24,000 bases of DNA, from NCBI GenBank assembly GCA_964498465.1, contig CAZCHG010000011.1, positions 1 through 24,000 on the forward strand, written 5' to 3'. The notes under the pieces are model-generated. The model did no database searches. It saw only the letters and a program-made list of their open reading frames with translations, and had not been told where the DNA came from. Positions 15,200-23,919 of this stretch are shown here, one piece after another. Both the position numbers and the translations under genes were made by a program. The stretch's first letter is position 1; every line of letters begins with the position of its first letter. Source of the stretch: an uncultured archaeon. Lineage in GTDB: Archaea > Halobacteriota > Archaeoglobi > Archaeoglobales > Archaeoglobaceae.

Positions 15200-16630
15200 T
15201 TACCATTTTCTTAACCAGAAGTAAGGTATAAACAATGCAAGAACGGCAAAAATTTCCAATCTACCAATCCACATATTTAAGATCAGTAGAAGCTTGATAT
15301 GAACTGGGAAAAATGAGTAAGATTCTGAAGCCCCAGCTAGACCCATGCCTGGACCAACATTACCTAAAGTAGCAGCCGAGGCAGAGATTGATGTAAGAAT
15401 ATCATATCCTGAACCTACTATGATTATAGACGATACAATAAAAATTAGGATATATAGGATCGTGAAAGCTATGATCTCGTCGATTATTTTCTTCTCTAGA
15501 ATAATATCACCATATCTTATTGGTCTAAAAATCCTCGGTTCTGCAGCTTTTAAAATTTGAAGCACTGAATATTTCAGCAGAATGTACAATCTGATAATTT
15601 TTATACCTCCTGCTGTAGAACCAGAGCAACCTCCTATGATCATTAGAATTAGCAAAATTATTTTTGCAAAATCACTCCATTTATCAAAATCGGTAGTAGT
15701 GTATCCAGTAGTGGTTAAAATTGAGACTGTTTGAAAGACGGACACTCTTATAGAGTCGTATAGACCAAAACTGGATAAATTTGAGATTATAATTAAAATG
15801 GATGCTATAGCAACAACAGAAATGTAAACTTTGAACTCAGTATCTCTAAATGGAGATTTACCCTCTCTAAGTAAATAGTAATGCAACGCAAAATTAGTAC
15901 CACCGATTATCATAAAAATTATTATAACAGCCTCAATTGCTGGGTTATTAAAATAAGCAATACTTTTTGTATGTGTTGAAAAACCTCCAGTAGACAAAGT
16001 TGTAAAAGTATGAAGTAAAGCATCGAATATTGGAACTCCAAGGAGATGTAGTATTGATACCTCAAGAAATGTGTAAATAAGATATATAGTGTAAAGAATT
16101 ATAGCCACATCTTTAACTCTTGGTTTTATTTTTTCCAAGGTAACTCCAGGATACTCGGCAAAGAACAAAATTTCACCTTTTTTAGCCATGGTTGGAAATA
16201 TTGCTAGAAATAGCACAATTATACCCATTCCTCCGAGCCATTGTATGAAACTCCTCCAAAAGAGGACGCTTTTTGGTAAACCCTCTATGTTATCAACGAT
16301 TGTGGCACCTGTGGTTGTAAAACCAGACATAGACTCAAAAAAAGCATCTATTGGATTGAAACCTACTAAAATAAATGGAATTGATGAAACCAGAGCTACA
16401 GAGAACCAAGTTAGACTAACTATGGCTAGAGCTTCTCTATGTTTAATGAATTCGACGTCTGGCCTTAAGTAAAGTAATGCTAGGCCTAAAAGAAATGTGA
16501 TAAAGAACGCTTTTAGGAATGGATAAATTTCCTCTGAGTAATATAACGCTACAAAAATTGGTAAGAAGAATAAAAATGAAAAGTAAAAGAGAATCCTGCC
16601 AATTACGTTTAAAACCAATTTTAGATTCAT
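15200..16630 (-). CDS. trkH: Trk/Ktr-type potassium transporter membrane subunit TrkH
   Basis: 476-aa polytopic membrane protein with repeated M1-P-M2-like units containing G-rich selectivity-type loops (TTTGAT, STGGFS, TTTGYT, GNVGPG). It lies downstream of trkA. Confidence 0.88.
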   Translation of the reverse strand: MNLKLVLNVIGRILFYFSFLFFLPIFVALYYSEEIYPFLKAFFITFLLGLALLYLRPDVEFIKHREALAIVSLTWFSVALVSSIPFILVGFNPIDAFFESMSGFTTTGATIVDNIEGLPKSVLFWRSFIQWLGGMGIIVLFLAIFPTMAKKGEILFFAEYPGVTLEKIKPRVKDVAIILYTIYLIYTFLEVSILHLLGVPIFDALLHTFTTLSTGGFSTHTKSIAYFNNPAIEAVIIIFMIIGGTNFALHYYLLREGKSPFRDTEFKVYISVVAIASILIIISNLSSFGLYDSIRVSVFQTVSILTTTGYTTTDFDKWSDFAKIILLILMIIGGCSGSTAGGIKIIRLYILLKYSVLQILKAAEPRIFRPIRYGDIILEKKIIDEIIAFTILYILIFIVSSIIIVGSGYDILTSISASAATLGNVGPGMGLAGASESYSFFPVHIKLLLILNMWIGRLEIFAVLALFIPYFWLRKW

Positions 16631-16688
16631 TTCTAGTCCCTTAACTCGGGAGGATTGTGAGATTCATTGTAGTTTGATTTTTTAAGTT

Positions 16689-18005
16689 TTACGTAAATTT
16701 GCTCTCAACTTTTTCCACATTATCCCAAGTTGTAAAAATTAGAAGCTTATCTCCAAGACGAATTTCAGTTTCACCTTTTGGAATTAAACATTGATCCTCT
16801 CTCAAAATACAACCAATTATTGTTCCTTTTGGTAATTTCATATCCTTTATTCTTTTTCCTGATAACTTATCCTTTTCAACTAAGATCTCTAATACGGCGA
16901 TCTCTTTTTTTTCAAACTTTGTTGGAGCTCTTAACTTCATAAGCTTTAAGTGTTTCAAAATTTCCAAGTGTGCTATCTCTTTTGGAGATAACGCGACATC
17001 TACACCGACTTTTTCGAATAATTTTATGTAAGAACCCTTCTCAACTTTGACTATTGCTTTTTTTGCACCTAAGCTCTTTGATAGAAGAGCTATTAGCAGA
17101 TTTTTCCCATCACTTTCAGTAGTGGCTATAACTACGTCAGATTTACCAATTTCTTCTTCCATCAAGAAATCGAGGTCAGTTGCATCACCAATTATCACTC
17201 TTGTTCTTTTTAGAATCTTACAGAGATTTTCACACACAGCGGGATTAACATCAATTAATTTTAAGTTTAAATTGCTTCTGTCCAATATTTTTGCAACATA
17301 ACTGCCTACGGTACCTCCTCCAAATATTACAACATTTTTTATCACTCGTTTGCCTAGAATATCGCTGATTTTGGATAAATCCTCAGATTTTCCAACTACA
17401 GCTATTTTATCTCCAGCTTTAAGCTTTGTATCTCCTCTTGGTACTATAATTTCATCATTTCTATAAATTGCAGTGATAATGACATTATCTGGTAAATTTA
17501 GCTCGGATATCCTTTTTTCAATTAGCGGCGAATCATTTGGAATCATTACTTCAATCATATCTATTTTTCCACCGCTAAATGAAACAAAATCTATTGCACT
17601 AGGTATTGTTACGAGATTCGCTATGGCACCAGCCAGTGCCAGTTGGGGACAAATTACTAAGTCTATACCGAGCGGATGCCCCCTTATTACTGGTTTATCT
17701 ACGTACTCTGGATTGGAAACCCTTGCTATTACTTTGTTAGCTCCAAGTTTCTTTGCGAGAATTCCAGATAAGATGTTCACTTCACTATTACCAGTTACTC
17801 CGATAAATATTTCAGCCTCGTTGACTCTAGCCTTTTTCAAAGAATCTGGATTAGCAGCGTTACCTTTTATTACGTCAATATCGAGCCCTCTGAGTTCATC
17901 GATTTTTCTTTCATCTTTTTCAATCACAATTACATCATAGTCAGCAGAAAGATCATTAGCTAAGCTGTATCCTACTTCTCCTGCACCAGCAATAACTATA
18001 AGCAT
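16689..18005 (-). CDS. trkA: Trk system NAD-binding regulatory subunit TrkA (double RCK)
   Basis: Two Rossmann motifs (IAGAGEVG and IFGGGTVG), each followed by a TrkA-C-like domain. I prefer ATG 18005 (MLIVIAGAG...), which has a TATA-like ttttaaaaa about 25-30 nt upstream and would be leaderless. The ORF track extends to TTG 18068. Confidence 0.9.
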   Translation of the reverse strand: MLIVIAGAGEVGYSLANDLSADYDVIVIEKDERKIDELRGLDIDVIKGNAANPDSLKKARVNEAEIFIGVTGNSEVNILSGILAKKLGANKVIARVSNPEYVDKPVIRGHPLGIDLVICPQLALAGAIANLVTIPSAIDFVSFSGGKIDMIEVMIPNDSPLIEKRISELNLPDNVIITAIYRNDEIIVPRGDTKLKAGDKIAVVGKSEDLSKISDILGKRVIKNVVIFGGGTVGSYVAKILDRSNLNLKLIDVNPAVCENLCKILKRTRVIIGDATDLDFLMEEEIGKSDVVIATTESDGKNLLIALLSKSLGAKKAIVKVEKGSYIKLFEKVGVDVALSPKEIAHLEILKHLKLMKLRAPTKFEKKEIAVLEILVEKDKLSGKRIKDMKLPKGTIIGCILREDQCLIPKGETEIRLGDKLLIFTTWDNVEKVESKFT

Positions 18006-18231
18006 TTTAAAATTCTTGAAAAGTACACTTTTTAAAACATTCGGGAGGCAGTATTGAAAATCATCCAAAGTTAAGAAAATTTATATTAGATTGAACAATA
18101 AATATAACGATATTTAATAAATTTAATTTTATCGATATTTAATTATATCACTAAAAATTATTATCTTCTAAAGAGCTTTTTATAAGCTTTGTTTTCGAAT
18201 GTAGGCAAGAAAAATCCTTGGAATGAGCATC

Positions 18232-18633
18232 TTATTCAATGAATTTTGTGTTAATTCCAATTCTTTTTGCAATATCTTGTTGTTTTTCATCACTTGTCAG
18301 AAAATTGCCATATTTTTTTGCTTGAGCTAAGTATAAAGCATCGTAGATAGTTATTTTTTCATTTATTGATATTATCATAGCATCCTCAAGGTAACGTTCA
18401 AATGGTTCAAAAATTACGACATCTTTAAGCATTTTCAGCACATTAAACATAATCTCCATCTCTTTATCCGATATTTTGTTGTAAAGTACATGATGTTTCC
18501 AAATTGCGTTTGATATCTCAGCTAAAGCTAAAGTTAGGGAGCATGACTCATTTAGTAGATATTCTCTAATTTTTTCCCAGTTATCCTCCCTGAGAATATA
18601 CTTAGCCAGCGATGAGGCATCAATTACTATCAC
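18232..18633 (-). CDS. vapC: PIN-domain ribonuclease toxin VapC
   Basis: 133 aa. The N-terminus IVIDASS carries the conserved Asp, with further acidic residues spaced as in PIN domains. The GTG start overlaps the upstream antitoxin ORF by 14 nt. Confidence 0.85.
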   Translation of the reverse strand: MIVIDASSLAKYILREDNWEKIREYLLNESCSLTLALAEISNAIWKHHVLYNKISDKEMEIMFNVLKMLKDVVIFEPFERYLEDAMIISINEKITIYDALYLAQAKKYGNFLTSDEKQQDIAKRIGINTKFIE

Positions 18634-18844
18634 GATCCTCCCTCACATAGTATCTTGCAGTACCCTTCTTTGCTTTAGGTAACTCTGCGAGCATTTCGTC
18701 AATTTTTTCTAAGGCCTTTACTTTTTTGTATTCTTTAACTTTTGCCTCAATGAACTTTCTTATTTCTTCACTCCAGTTGATTTTAACTTCCTTCATGCTT
18801 TTTTTTAGCTCCTTTGGAACTCTAAAACTAACTATGTCCATCAT
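18620..18844 (-). CDS. vapB: VapB-type antitoxin (RHH-like N-terminus)
   Basis: 74 aa. The N-terminus is a beta-strand plus helices (IVSFRVPKELKKSMKE) followed by a charged C-terminal tail. It is translationally coupled to vapC. Confidence 0.75.
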   Translation of the reverse strand: MMDIVSFRVPKELKKSMKEVKINWSEEIRKFIEAKVKEYKKVKALEKIDEMLAELPKAKKGTARYYVREDRDSN

Positions 18845-18884
18845 AATATTACTTAGATGTATTACTATTAAATAAACATTTCTA

Positions 18885-18910
18885 TATTACAGAAAAGTAT
18901 TACAGAGAAG
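18885..18910 (-). promoter_or_regulatory. Tandem 13-bp direct repeat upstream of vapB (candidate operator)
   Basis: tattacagaaaag (18885-18897) is immediately followed by tattacagagaag (18898-18910), 12 of 13 identical. A third tattac occurs at 18860-18865. On the minus strand these lie just upstream of a TATA-like tttatttaata that precedes the vapB ATG. Confidence 0.4.
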
Positions 18911-18975
18911 TAAAATTTTAAATTGCTAGTACTTTTTTACTTACAACTGGTTAAAGAAAAATTAAACATTAAAAA

Positions 18976-19449
18976 TTACTCTTCATCGTTGTTCTCGATA
19001 GGAAAGTATACTACCTCAATTCCCGCCTCTTTTAGAAGCTCTAAACCTCTATTGTCAGCATATTTTGTACCGTACACGACTCTTTTTATTCCAGCATTTA
19101 TGATCAACTTTGCACAGGTTATGCACGGCTGATGAGTTGTGTAAAGAGTACCACCAGCTATGCGGATACCATGTAAAGCAGCTTGTACAATTGCATTTTG
19201 TTCGGCGTGAACACCTCTGCAGAGTTCCTGTCTTTCTCCAGAGGGAACATTTAACTTATCTCTTAAACAACCTATATCTAAACAGTGTGGTAATCCGGAA
19301 GGAGCGCCGTTGTAGCCAGTGGTAAGAATTCTCTTATCCTTTACAATTACAGCACCAACTTTTCTTCTTAGACATGTAGATCTTTTTGCTACTACTTTTG
19401 CAATTTCCATAAAATATTCATCAAGACTGGGTCTGCTGCGCGATTGCAT
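18976..19449 (-). CDS. Deoxycytidylate (dCMP) deaminase, CMP/dCMP deaminase zinc-binding family
   Basis: Zinc motifs HAEQNAI and PCITCAKLI. 157 aa. Confidence 0.88.
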   Translation of the reverse strand: MQSRSRPSLDEYFMEIAKVVAKRSTCLRRKVGAVIVKDKRILTTGYNGAPSGLPHCLDIGCLRDKLNVPSGERQELCRGVHAEQNAIVQAALHGIRIAGGTLYTTHQPCITCAKLIINAGIKRVVYGTKYADNRGLELLKEAGIEVVYFPIENNDEE

Positions 19450-19571
19450 TCTCTAAACCTTCAAATTTGTTTTAAATATTCTTAAGCATAAAATTACAAA
19501 GTTTTTAGCATTAATGAAATCCCTAAATTGGTGCATAACACATAACATGAAATTAATGCCAGAAATTGAAC

Positions 19572-19653
19572 AAAAATATGTACGCCCGCTGGTGGAACCC
19601 CCCTCATGGAAATCTTACTGAGATATCTCAGGGGGCTCATGGCACGGGCGCAC
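19572..19653 (-). ncRNA. Candidate kink-turn-containing small RNA (H/ACA-like single hairpin; class uncertain)
   Basis: A 73-nt GC-rich block in AT-rich intergenic DNA. The minus strand has a TATA tttttat centred about 27 nt upstream of G at 19653 with an A-rich BRE, and a T5 run at 19576-19572. Fold: a 9-bp terminal stem (GUGCGCCCG/CGGGCGUAC), an internal loop of about 9-10 nt per side, then a CCCCC/GGGGG stem. Next comes a consensus K-turn (bulge UGA, G.A and A.G sheared pairs, U.U). ACA/AUA sits directly 3' of the terminal stem. Confidence 0.45.
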
Positions 19654-19779
19654 ATTTTACTTTATCAGTTTTAAGGATAAAAATCTTTTTTGTAATTTGG
19701 CAATCTTAAATTTCGAGTGGAAAGTGAAAAAAATAAAAAGAAAAAACAGAAAATAAATATAACAAATGCCTTTGGGGGT

Positions 19780-19983
19780 ATGGAAGTAATGAAGGAAATA
19801 GTTATTAAATTACCCGAGTTTAAGGATGTAGTACCAAAAGAATTCAAATTACACATGTTAAGGGCTTATAAGGAGTTTTTAATTGCATTTAAATCAATAA
19901 TCGAGAAAAGAATAGAAAAAATAGAGAAACTTGAGAAAGAGTTACAAGAAGAGAAAAGTATAAAGAAAATAGAAGTTCAATAA
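19780..19983 (+). CDS. Hypothetical small coiled-coil protein
   Basis: ATG at 19780 or 19789 is preceded by ggggg-t. The K/E-rich helical sequence ends in EKRIEKIEKLEKELQEEK. The ORF-track GTG 19717 start adds an unlikely poly-K leader encoded by an A-rich tract. Confidence 0.45.
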   Translation: MEVMKEIVIKLPEFKDVVPKEFKLHMLRAYKEFLIAFKSIIEKRIEKIEKLEKELQEEKSIKKIEVQ

Positions 19984-20549
19984 AGCTCCAGTTTTTAATC
20001 TTTAGTATTACCAACCCAGGAATTGTTACACAACAATTTTAATCTTTGCAAAAAACTCACGACCAAATTCGTAATTTAAATTGAAAGTAAAATGCAGCAG
20101 ATATTTAAGTTTTTAAATTTTTTGAGTAAGTTTTTGAAAACTATCGATTTCGAATAAAATCTGAGGTAATCAAAGAGATTACCAGTGTTAGCTCTTCAAA
20201 TGTACAACTACTTGAGATCTTACCAATTTTATGCTTAAACTAGGGAATTGTTAATCATAGCTTAATTTTATTGATGTTGAACATATGAGCAATATCTGCG
20301 ACATTTTCTTGTTTTTAATTTAATAAAAAGCAGTATAACACATTGGAATTTTACTAAAATCTCTTATATGTTGGATAAACTTAAGACAAGCAGGATGCAT
20401 GATTTTTTAAATCTTTAAAAGAATTTTGAAACAAAAATCGATACCGTAAATTAAGGTTATACTTAACATTAAAAATAAAAATTGAGTGTTGATAGAAAAC
20501 TAAAAATATTCTGCTAAATAAAAATTATTTATTCATTCAAGGTGATCAT

Positions 20550-21065
20550 ATGGCAAAAAGAGCTAAATTGATCAACGATATAGTAGATCTGGTACCAATT
20601 CTTCAAATGTTCTCTACAAATCTCTATAAAAATGTATATGAAGCTTTACTCTCGGAATGGTTAACTCTTGATGAACTAAAAAGTAGATTTGGCGAAGAAG
20701 TCAAGGAAGCGCTAAAGATACTTAAACATGCTGGAATGCTGGAAATGAAATGGAGAATGCCAAAAGATCCAGGCGGAAAACCTCAGAAAGAATACCATGT
20801 TAGTTACACACACTTAAGTGCTAGTTTCTATACATCTCTTAAGGATTTAAACAGGGTGCTGGAAGTTATATTCATGCCAGACGATGAATTTGAAAAGTTT
20901 GTCCAAAAAATTGTTAATGAAGTAAAAGCTGGAAGAATGTCAGTGCCACACATTAGTAAGACTCTTGGTTTAGACCCCCTATTCATTAGGGCAATAGCAA
21001 AAAGATCTTTAAGATTAAATGTTAAAGGACAGCTTGTAGAGTTGACCAAAGATGAAGAAATCTAA
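20550..21065 (+). CDS. Putative winged-helix DNA-binding protein (conserved archaeal, function unknown)
   Basis: SD aaggtgat. The segment LTLDELKSRFGEEVKEALKILKHAGMLEMKW looks like wHTH recognition helix plus wing, and a second HTH-like stretch lies near MSVPHISKTLGLDPLFIRAIA. Confidence 0.5.
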   Translation: MAKRAKLINDIVDLVPILQMFSTNLYKNVYEALLSEWLTLDELKSRFGEEVKEALKILKHAGMLEMKWRMPKDPGGKPQKEYHVSYTHLSASFYTSLKDLNRVLEVIFMPDDEFEKFVQKIVNEVKAGRMSVPHISKTLGLDPLFIRAIAKRSLRLNVKGQLVELTKDEEI

Positions 21066-21300
21066 TCTTAGAGATATTTTAAATATGTTCAAGTGGCATC
21101 CAAAGTACAGCTTAGAGAATGTCTCTATAATTTACATCGACCGACCCAAAGGAATGTCAATTTTAAAAGGTTCTGAAATTGAAAAAATAGGTTACAAGTT
21201 TATATATTTGAAGTCAGGGGTGGCAATACCGTTCCATAGGGTCATGGAAATTAGATACAAGGATGAGGTTTTCTGGAGGAAATTTGATGCTCAGGAGTAG
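21052..21300 (+). CDS. DUF504/UPF0248-family small protein (MJ1316-like RNA cyclic-end recognition domain)
   Basis: 82 aa with the family pattern LRDILN..KW.P........I.Y.DR......I....I...G..F......IPFHRV..I...D.VFW.R. The ATG overlaps the upstream ORF by 14 nt. Confidence 0.65.
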   Translation: MKKSNLRDILNMFKWHPKYSLENVSIIYIDRPKGMSILKGSEIEKIGYKFIYLKSGVAIPFHRVMEIRYKDEVFWRKFDAQE

Positions 21301-22687
21301 GATGAAAAAAGAAATTGATAAAGATGCGTTGGAGCTAATATCCTCACTATCACATGACAAAAACATATTTTATTACGATATAATGGTTGATTATGCTCAT
21401 GTTTTGAATTTACTGAAAAATAAAATAATTAACACAAATGATGCAAAAAAAATAATAAAAGCTCTGTTAGAAATTGAAAAACATGGATTTGGAGATTTAA
21501 ATGGAGAAGATGTGCATGAAGCTATAGAAAGGAAAGTTATAGAAATAGCGGGGGAATCCGGAAAGAAAATGCATACAGCAAGATCGAGAAATGATGAAAT
21601 AGCTACTTGTTTAAGATTATTTGCAAGAGATAATATTCTAAATTTGATGAAAAATATAATAGAGCTTAGAAAAGCGATAATTAATAAAGCTGAGGAATAT
21701 ATAGACACTATTATGCCTGGATTTACCCATTTACAATACGCTCAGCCCACGAAGTTATCTCACCATCTTATAGCATATCATGATATGTTAGAAAGAGATT
21801 TTAAAAGATGTTTGAATGCATTTGAAAGAATTAACTTATGTCCGCTTGGATGTGCTGCATTAGCGTCAACCTCGTTTCCACTTGATAGAAGTTATGTAGC
21901 CAATTTGTTAGGTTTTGATGGAGTAATTGATAATTGTATGGATGCTGTATCATCTAGGGATTTTATATTTGATGCCGTTTTTGCAGCTACATCGACTATG
22001 TTATCTTTGAGCAGAATTGCTGAGGAAATAATCCTTTGGAGCTCAGAATTTGACTTTGTGGAAGTTCCAGAAGAATTTGCATCTGTATCTAGTATAATGC
22101 CTCAAAAGAAGAATCCTGATACACTAGAAATTATAAGAGGTAAAGCTGGGAAAATTATTGGTGAGCTTACGTCTAGCTTAGCTATTTATAAAGGTTTACC
22201 TTTTGCTTATAATAGAGATTTCCAAGAAATAAATGATATATTGTATGAATCTTTAATTTGGGCAATAAAATCTGTTAAGGTCATGAAAAAACTTTTTCCT
22301 AGCTTAGTGTTCAAGAAGGAAAATCTTGAGAAGAAAGCCACGAAGAATTTTAGTTATGCTACTGAAATTGCCGATGAATTAGTAAAGAAGGGGGTGCCAT
22401 TTAGAGAGGCACACTCAATTGTGGGTAAATTCATATCTAACGAATCTGAATTGAAAAAAAAGCTGGAAAAATTTGGAATAATTTTAGAAGACCTAAAAGA
22501 TGCCAAAAAAATAGTAGAAAGCAGAAAGAACTTGGGTGGAACTTCTAAGGAGGAGATAATTAGAATGATTGAAAACAGAAAATGGAAAATAAAAAACGAT
22601 GAGAAAATCTTAAAATCTACATTTGAAAGAATTAATTCGAAAATTAAGAATCTATACAAGGAGATTGAGGAAGTTTTATGCACGTGA
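21287..22687 (+). CDS. argH: Argininosuccinate lyase
   Basis: Fumarate-lyase signature SSIMPQKKNPD, plus HTARSRNDE and GFTHLQYAQP. I prefer ATG 21287 with SD ggagga 8 nt upstream; the ORF track starts at 21263. Confidence 0.92.
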   Translation: MLRSRMKKEIDKDALELISSLSHDKNIFYYDIMVDYAHVLNLLKNKIINTNDAKKIIKALLEIEKHGFGDLNGEDVHEAIERKVIEIAGESGKKMHTARSRNDEIATCLRLFARDNILNLMKNIIELRKAIINKAEEYIDTIMPGFTHLQYAQPTKLSHHLIAYHDMLERDFKRCLNAFERINLCPLGCAALASTSFPLDRSYVANLLGFDGVIDNCMDAVSSRDFIFDAVFAATSTMLSLSRIAEEIILWSSEFDFVEVPEEFASVSSIMPQKKNPDTLEIIRGKAGKIIGELTSSLAIYKGLPFAYNRDFQEINDILYESLIWAIKSVKVMKKLFPSLVFKKENLEKKATKNFSYATEIADELVKKGVPFREAHSIVGKFISNESELKKKLEKFGIILEDLKDAKKIVESRKNLGGTSKEEIIRMIENRKWKIKNDEKILKSTFERINSKIKNLYKEIEEVLCT

Positions 22688-23913
22688 AAGATTTAGAAGG
22701 AAAAAGAGTTAGAATTAAGGCTAAAGGGTTAATTTTAGAAGGAATAGTAATGCCATCAACAACTGGGGCACTAGTATTAAAATTAGACAACGGATACAAT
22801 GTGGGATTCTATGAGTATGAAATTCTGGATGTTCTTGAGGAAGTTAAAGCAAAATATGCTGTGAGAGAGCTTACAAAAAATCCAAAATTGCCCAATGTAA
22901 AAATAATATGCACGGGAGGTACAATTGCCAGCAGAGTCGATTATACCACAGGAGCTGTGACTAGCCAGTTTACCGCAGAGGAAATCGTAGGAGAAGTACC
23001 AGAAGTTGCAGAAATTTGCAACTTAGATTCAAAACTCCTTTTTAACATACTAAGCGAAAATATGAAGGTTGAGCACTGGATAGAAATTGCAAGGGAAGTT
23101 TATAGAAGTATAAAAGATGGTTATGATGGTATAATAGTTGCGCACGGTACAGATACAATGGCTTATACAGCTAGCGCTATAGCTTTTATGGTTTCCACAC
23201 CGATCCCAGTTGTATTTGTCGGGGCACAGAGAAGCTCAGATAGACCATCAAGTGACGCTGCAATGAATTTGATTTGCAGCGCACACACAGCTGTATCAGA
23301 CTTAGGCGAAGTAGTTGTGGTAATGCATGGATCAACGAGCGATGACTTCTGTTATATTCACAGGGCTGTTAAAGTTAGAAAAAATCATACATCTAGGAGA
23401 GATGCTTTCCAATCAGTAAATATTCCACCATTAGGTAAAGTTTTGTATCCTTCGGGAAAAATAGAATGGATCTTGGATAATAGAATAAAAAGAGGTGAAA
23501 GAGAACCAAAATTGATGGACAAATTAGAAAGAAAAGTAGCTCTGATTAAGTTTTATCCAGGCTTGGAACCAGACATACTTGAGTTTTATTATGAAAAAGG
23601 ATATAGAGGATTTGTAATAGAAGGCACAGGTTTAGGTCATGTTTCAACAGATTGGATTGATACTGTTAAAAAAATAGCCGAGGACAGTTTAGTAGTAATG
23701 ACATCTCAATGTTTGTGGGGCAGAGTTTGTGACAGAGTTTATGATACTGGAAGATTGCTTTTGAAGGCTGGAGTAATTGAAGGAGAGGATATGCTCCCAG
23801 AAGTAGCTCTGATAAAACTAATGTGGCTTCTAGGTAACTTTGAACTCGAGGAAGCGAGGAAACTGGTTAGACAGAATTTAGTTGGGGAGATATCTTATCA
23901 GACCACTTACTAA
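22678..23913 (+). CDS. gatD: Glu-tRNA(Gln) amidotransferase subunit D (asparaginase-like)
   Basis: N-terminal GatD-specific beta domain (ALVLKLDNGYNVGF), then asparaginase motifs CTGGTIASR and HGTDTMAYTA. The ATG overlaps the argH stop by 10 nt. Confidence 0.92.
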   Translation: MHVKDLEGKRVRIKAKGLILEGIVMPSTTGALVLKLDNGYNVGFYEYEILDVLEEVKAKYAVRELTKNPKLPNVKIICTGGTIASRVDYTTGAVTSQFTAEEIVGEVPEVAEICNLDSKLLFNILSENMKVEHWIEIAREVYRSIKDGYDGIIVAHGTDTMAYTASAIAFMVSTPIPVVFVGAQRSSDRPSSDAAMNLICSAHTAVSDLGEVVVVMHGSTSDDFCYIHRAVKVRKNHTSRRDAFQSVNIPPLGKVLYPSGKIEWILDNRIKRGEREPKLMDKLERKVALIKFYPGLEPDILEFYYEKGYRGFVIEGTGLGHVSTDWIDTVKKIAEDSLVVMTSQCLWGRVCDRVYDTGRLLLKAGVIEGEDMLPEVALIKLMWLLGNFELEEARKLVRQNLVGEISYQTTY

Positions 23914-23919
23914 TTTTTT
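23914..23919 (+). terminator. Oligo-T run immediately after gatD
   Basis: T6 directly follows the TAA stop. Confidence 0.35.

Noticed and set aside
18005-18068. N-terminal extensions produced by TTG/GTG starts in the ORF track (trkA 18068, speB 12009, argH 21263, flaH 3565, acidic ORF 8081, small ORF 19717)
   Set aside because: In each case a downstream ATG has a better-placed SD or TATA and gives the N-terminus typical of the family. The speB extension would also overlap aIF5A in another frame.
18108-18143. Direct repeat cgatatttaat (18108-18118 and 18133-18143) upstream of trkA
   Set aside because: It is an 11-bp match made almost entirely of A/T within a very AT-rich spacer. This is likely chance or generic promoter A/T richness and not strong enough to call a regulatory site.
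19590-19640. ORB/mini-ORB-like words (ctggtggaac, catggaaat followed by a G5 string) suggesting a replication origin together with the AT-rich 19984-20549 region
   Set aside because: There is only a single imperfect copy and no repeated ORB elements flanking an unwinding region. No orc1/cdc6 gene is in the window. The same bases are better explained by the stems of the candidate K-turn sRNA.
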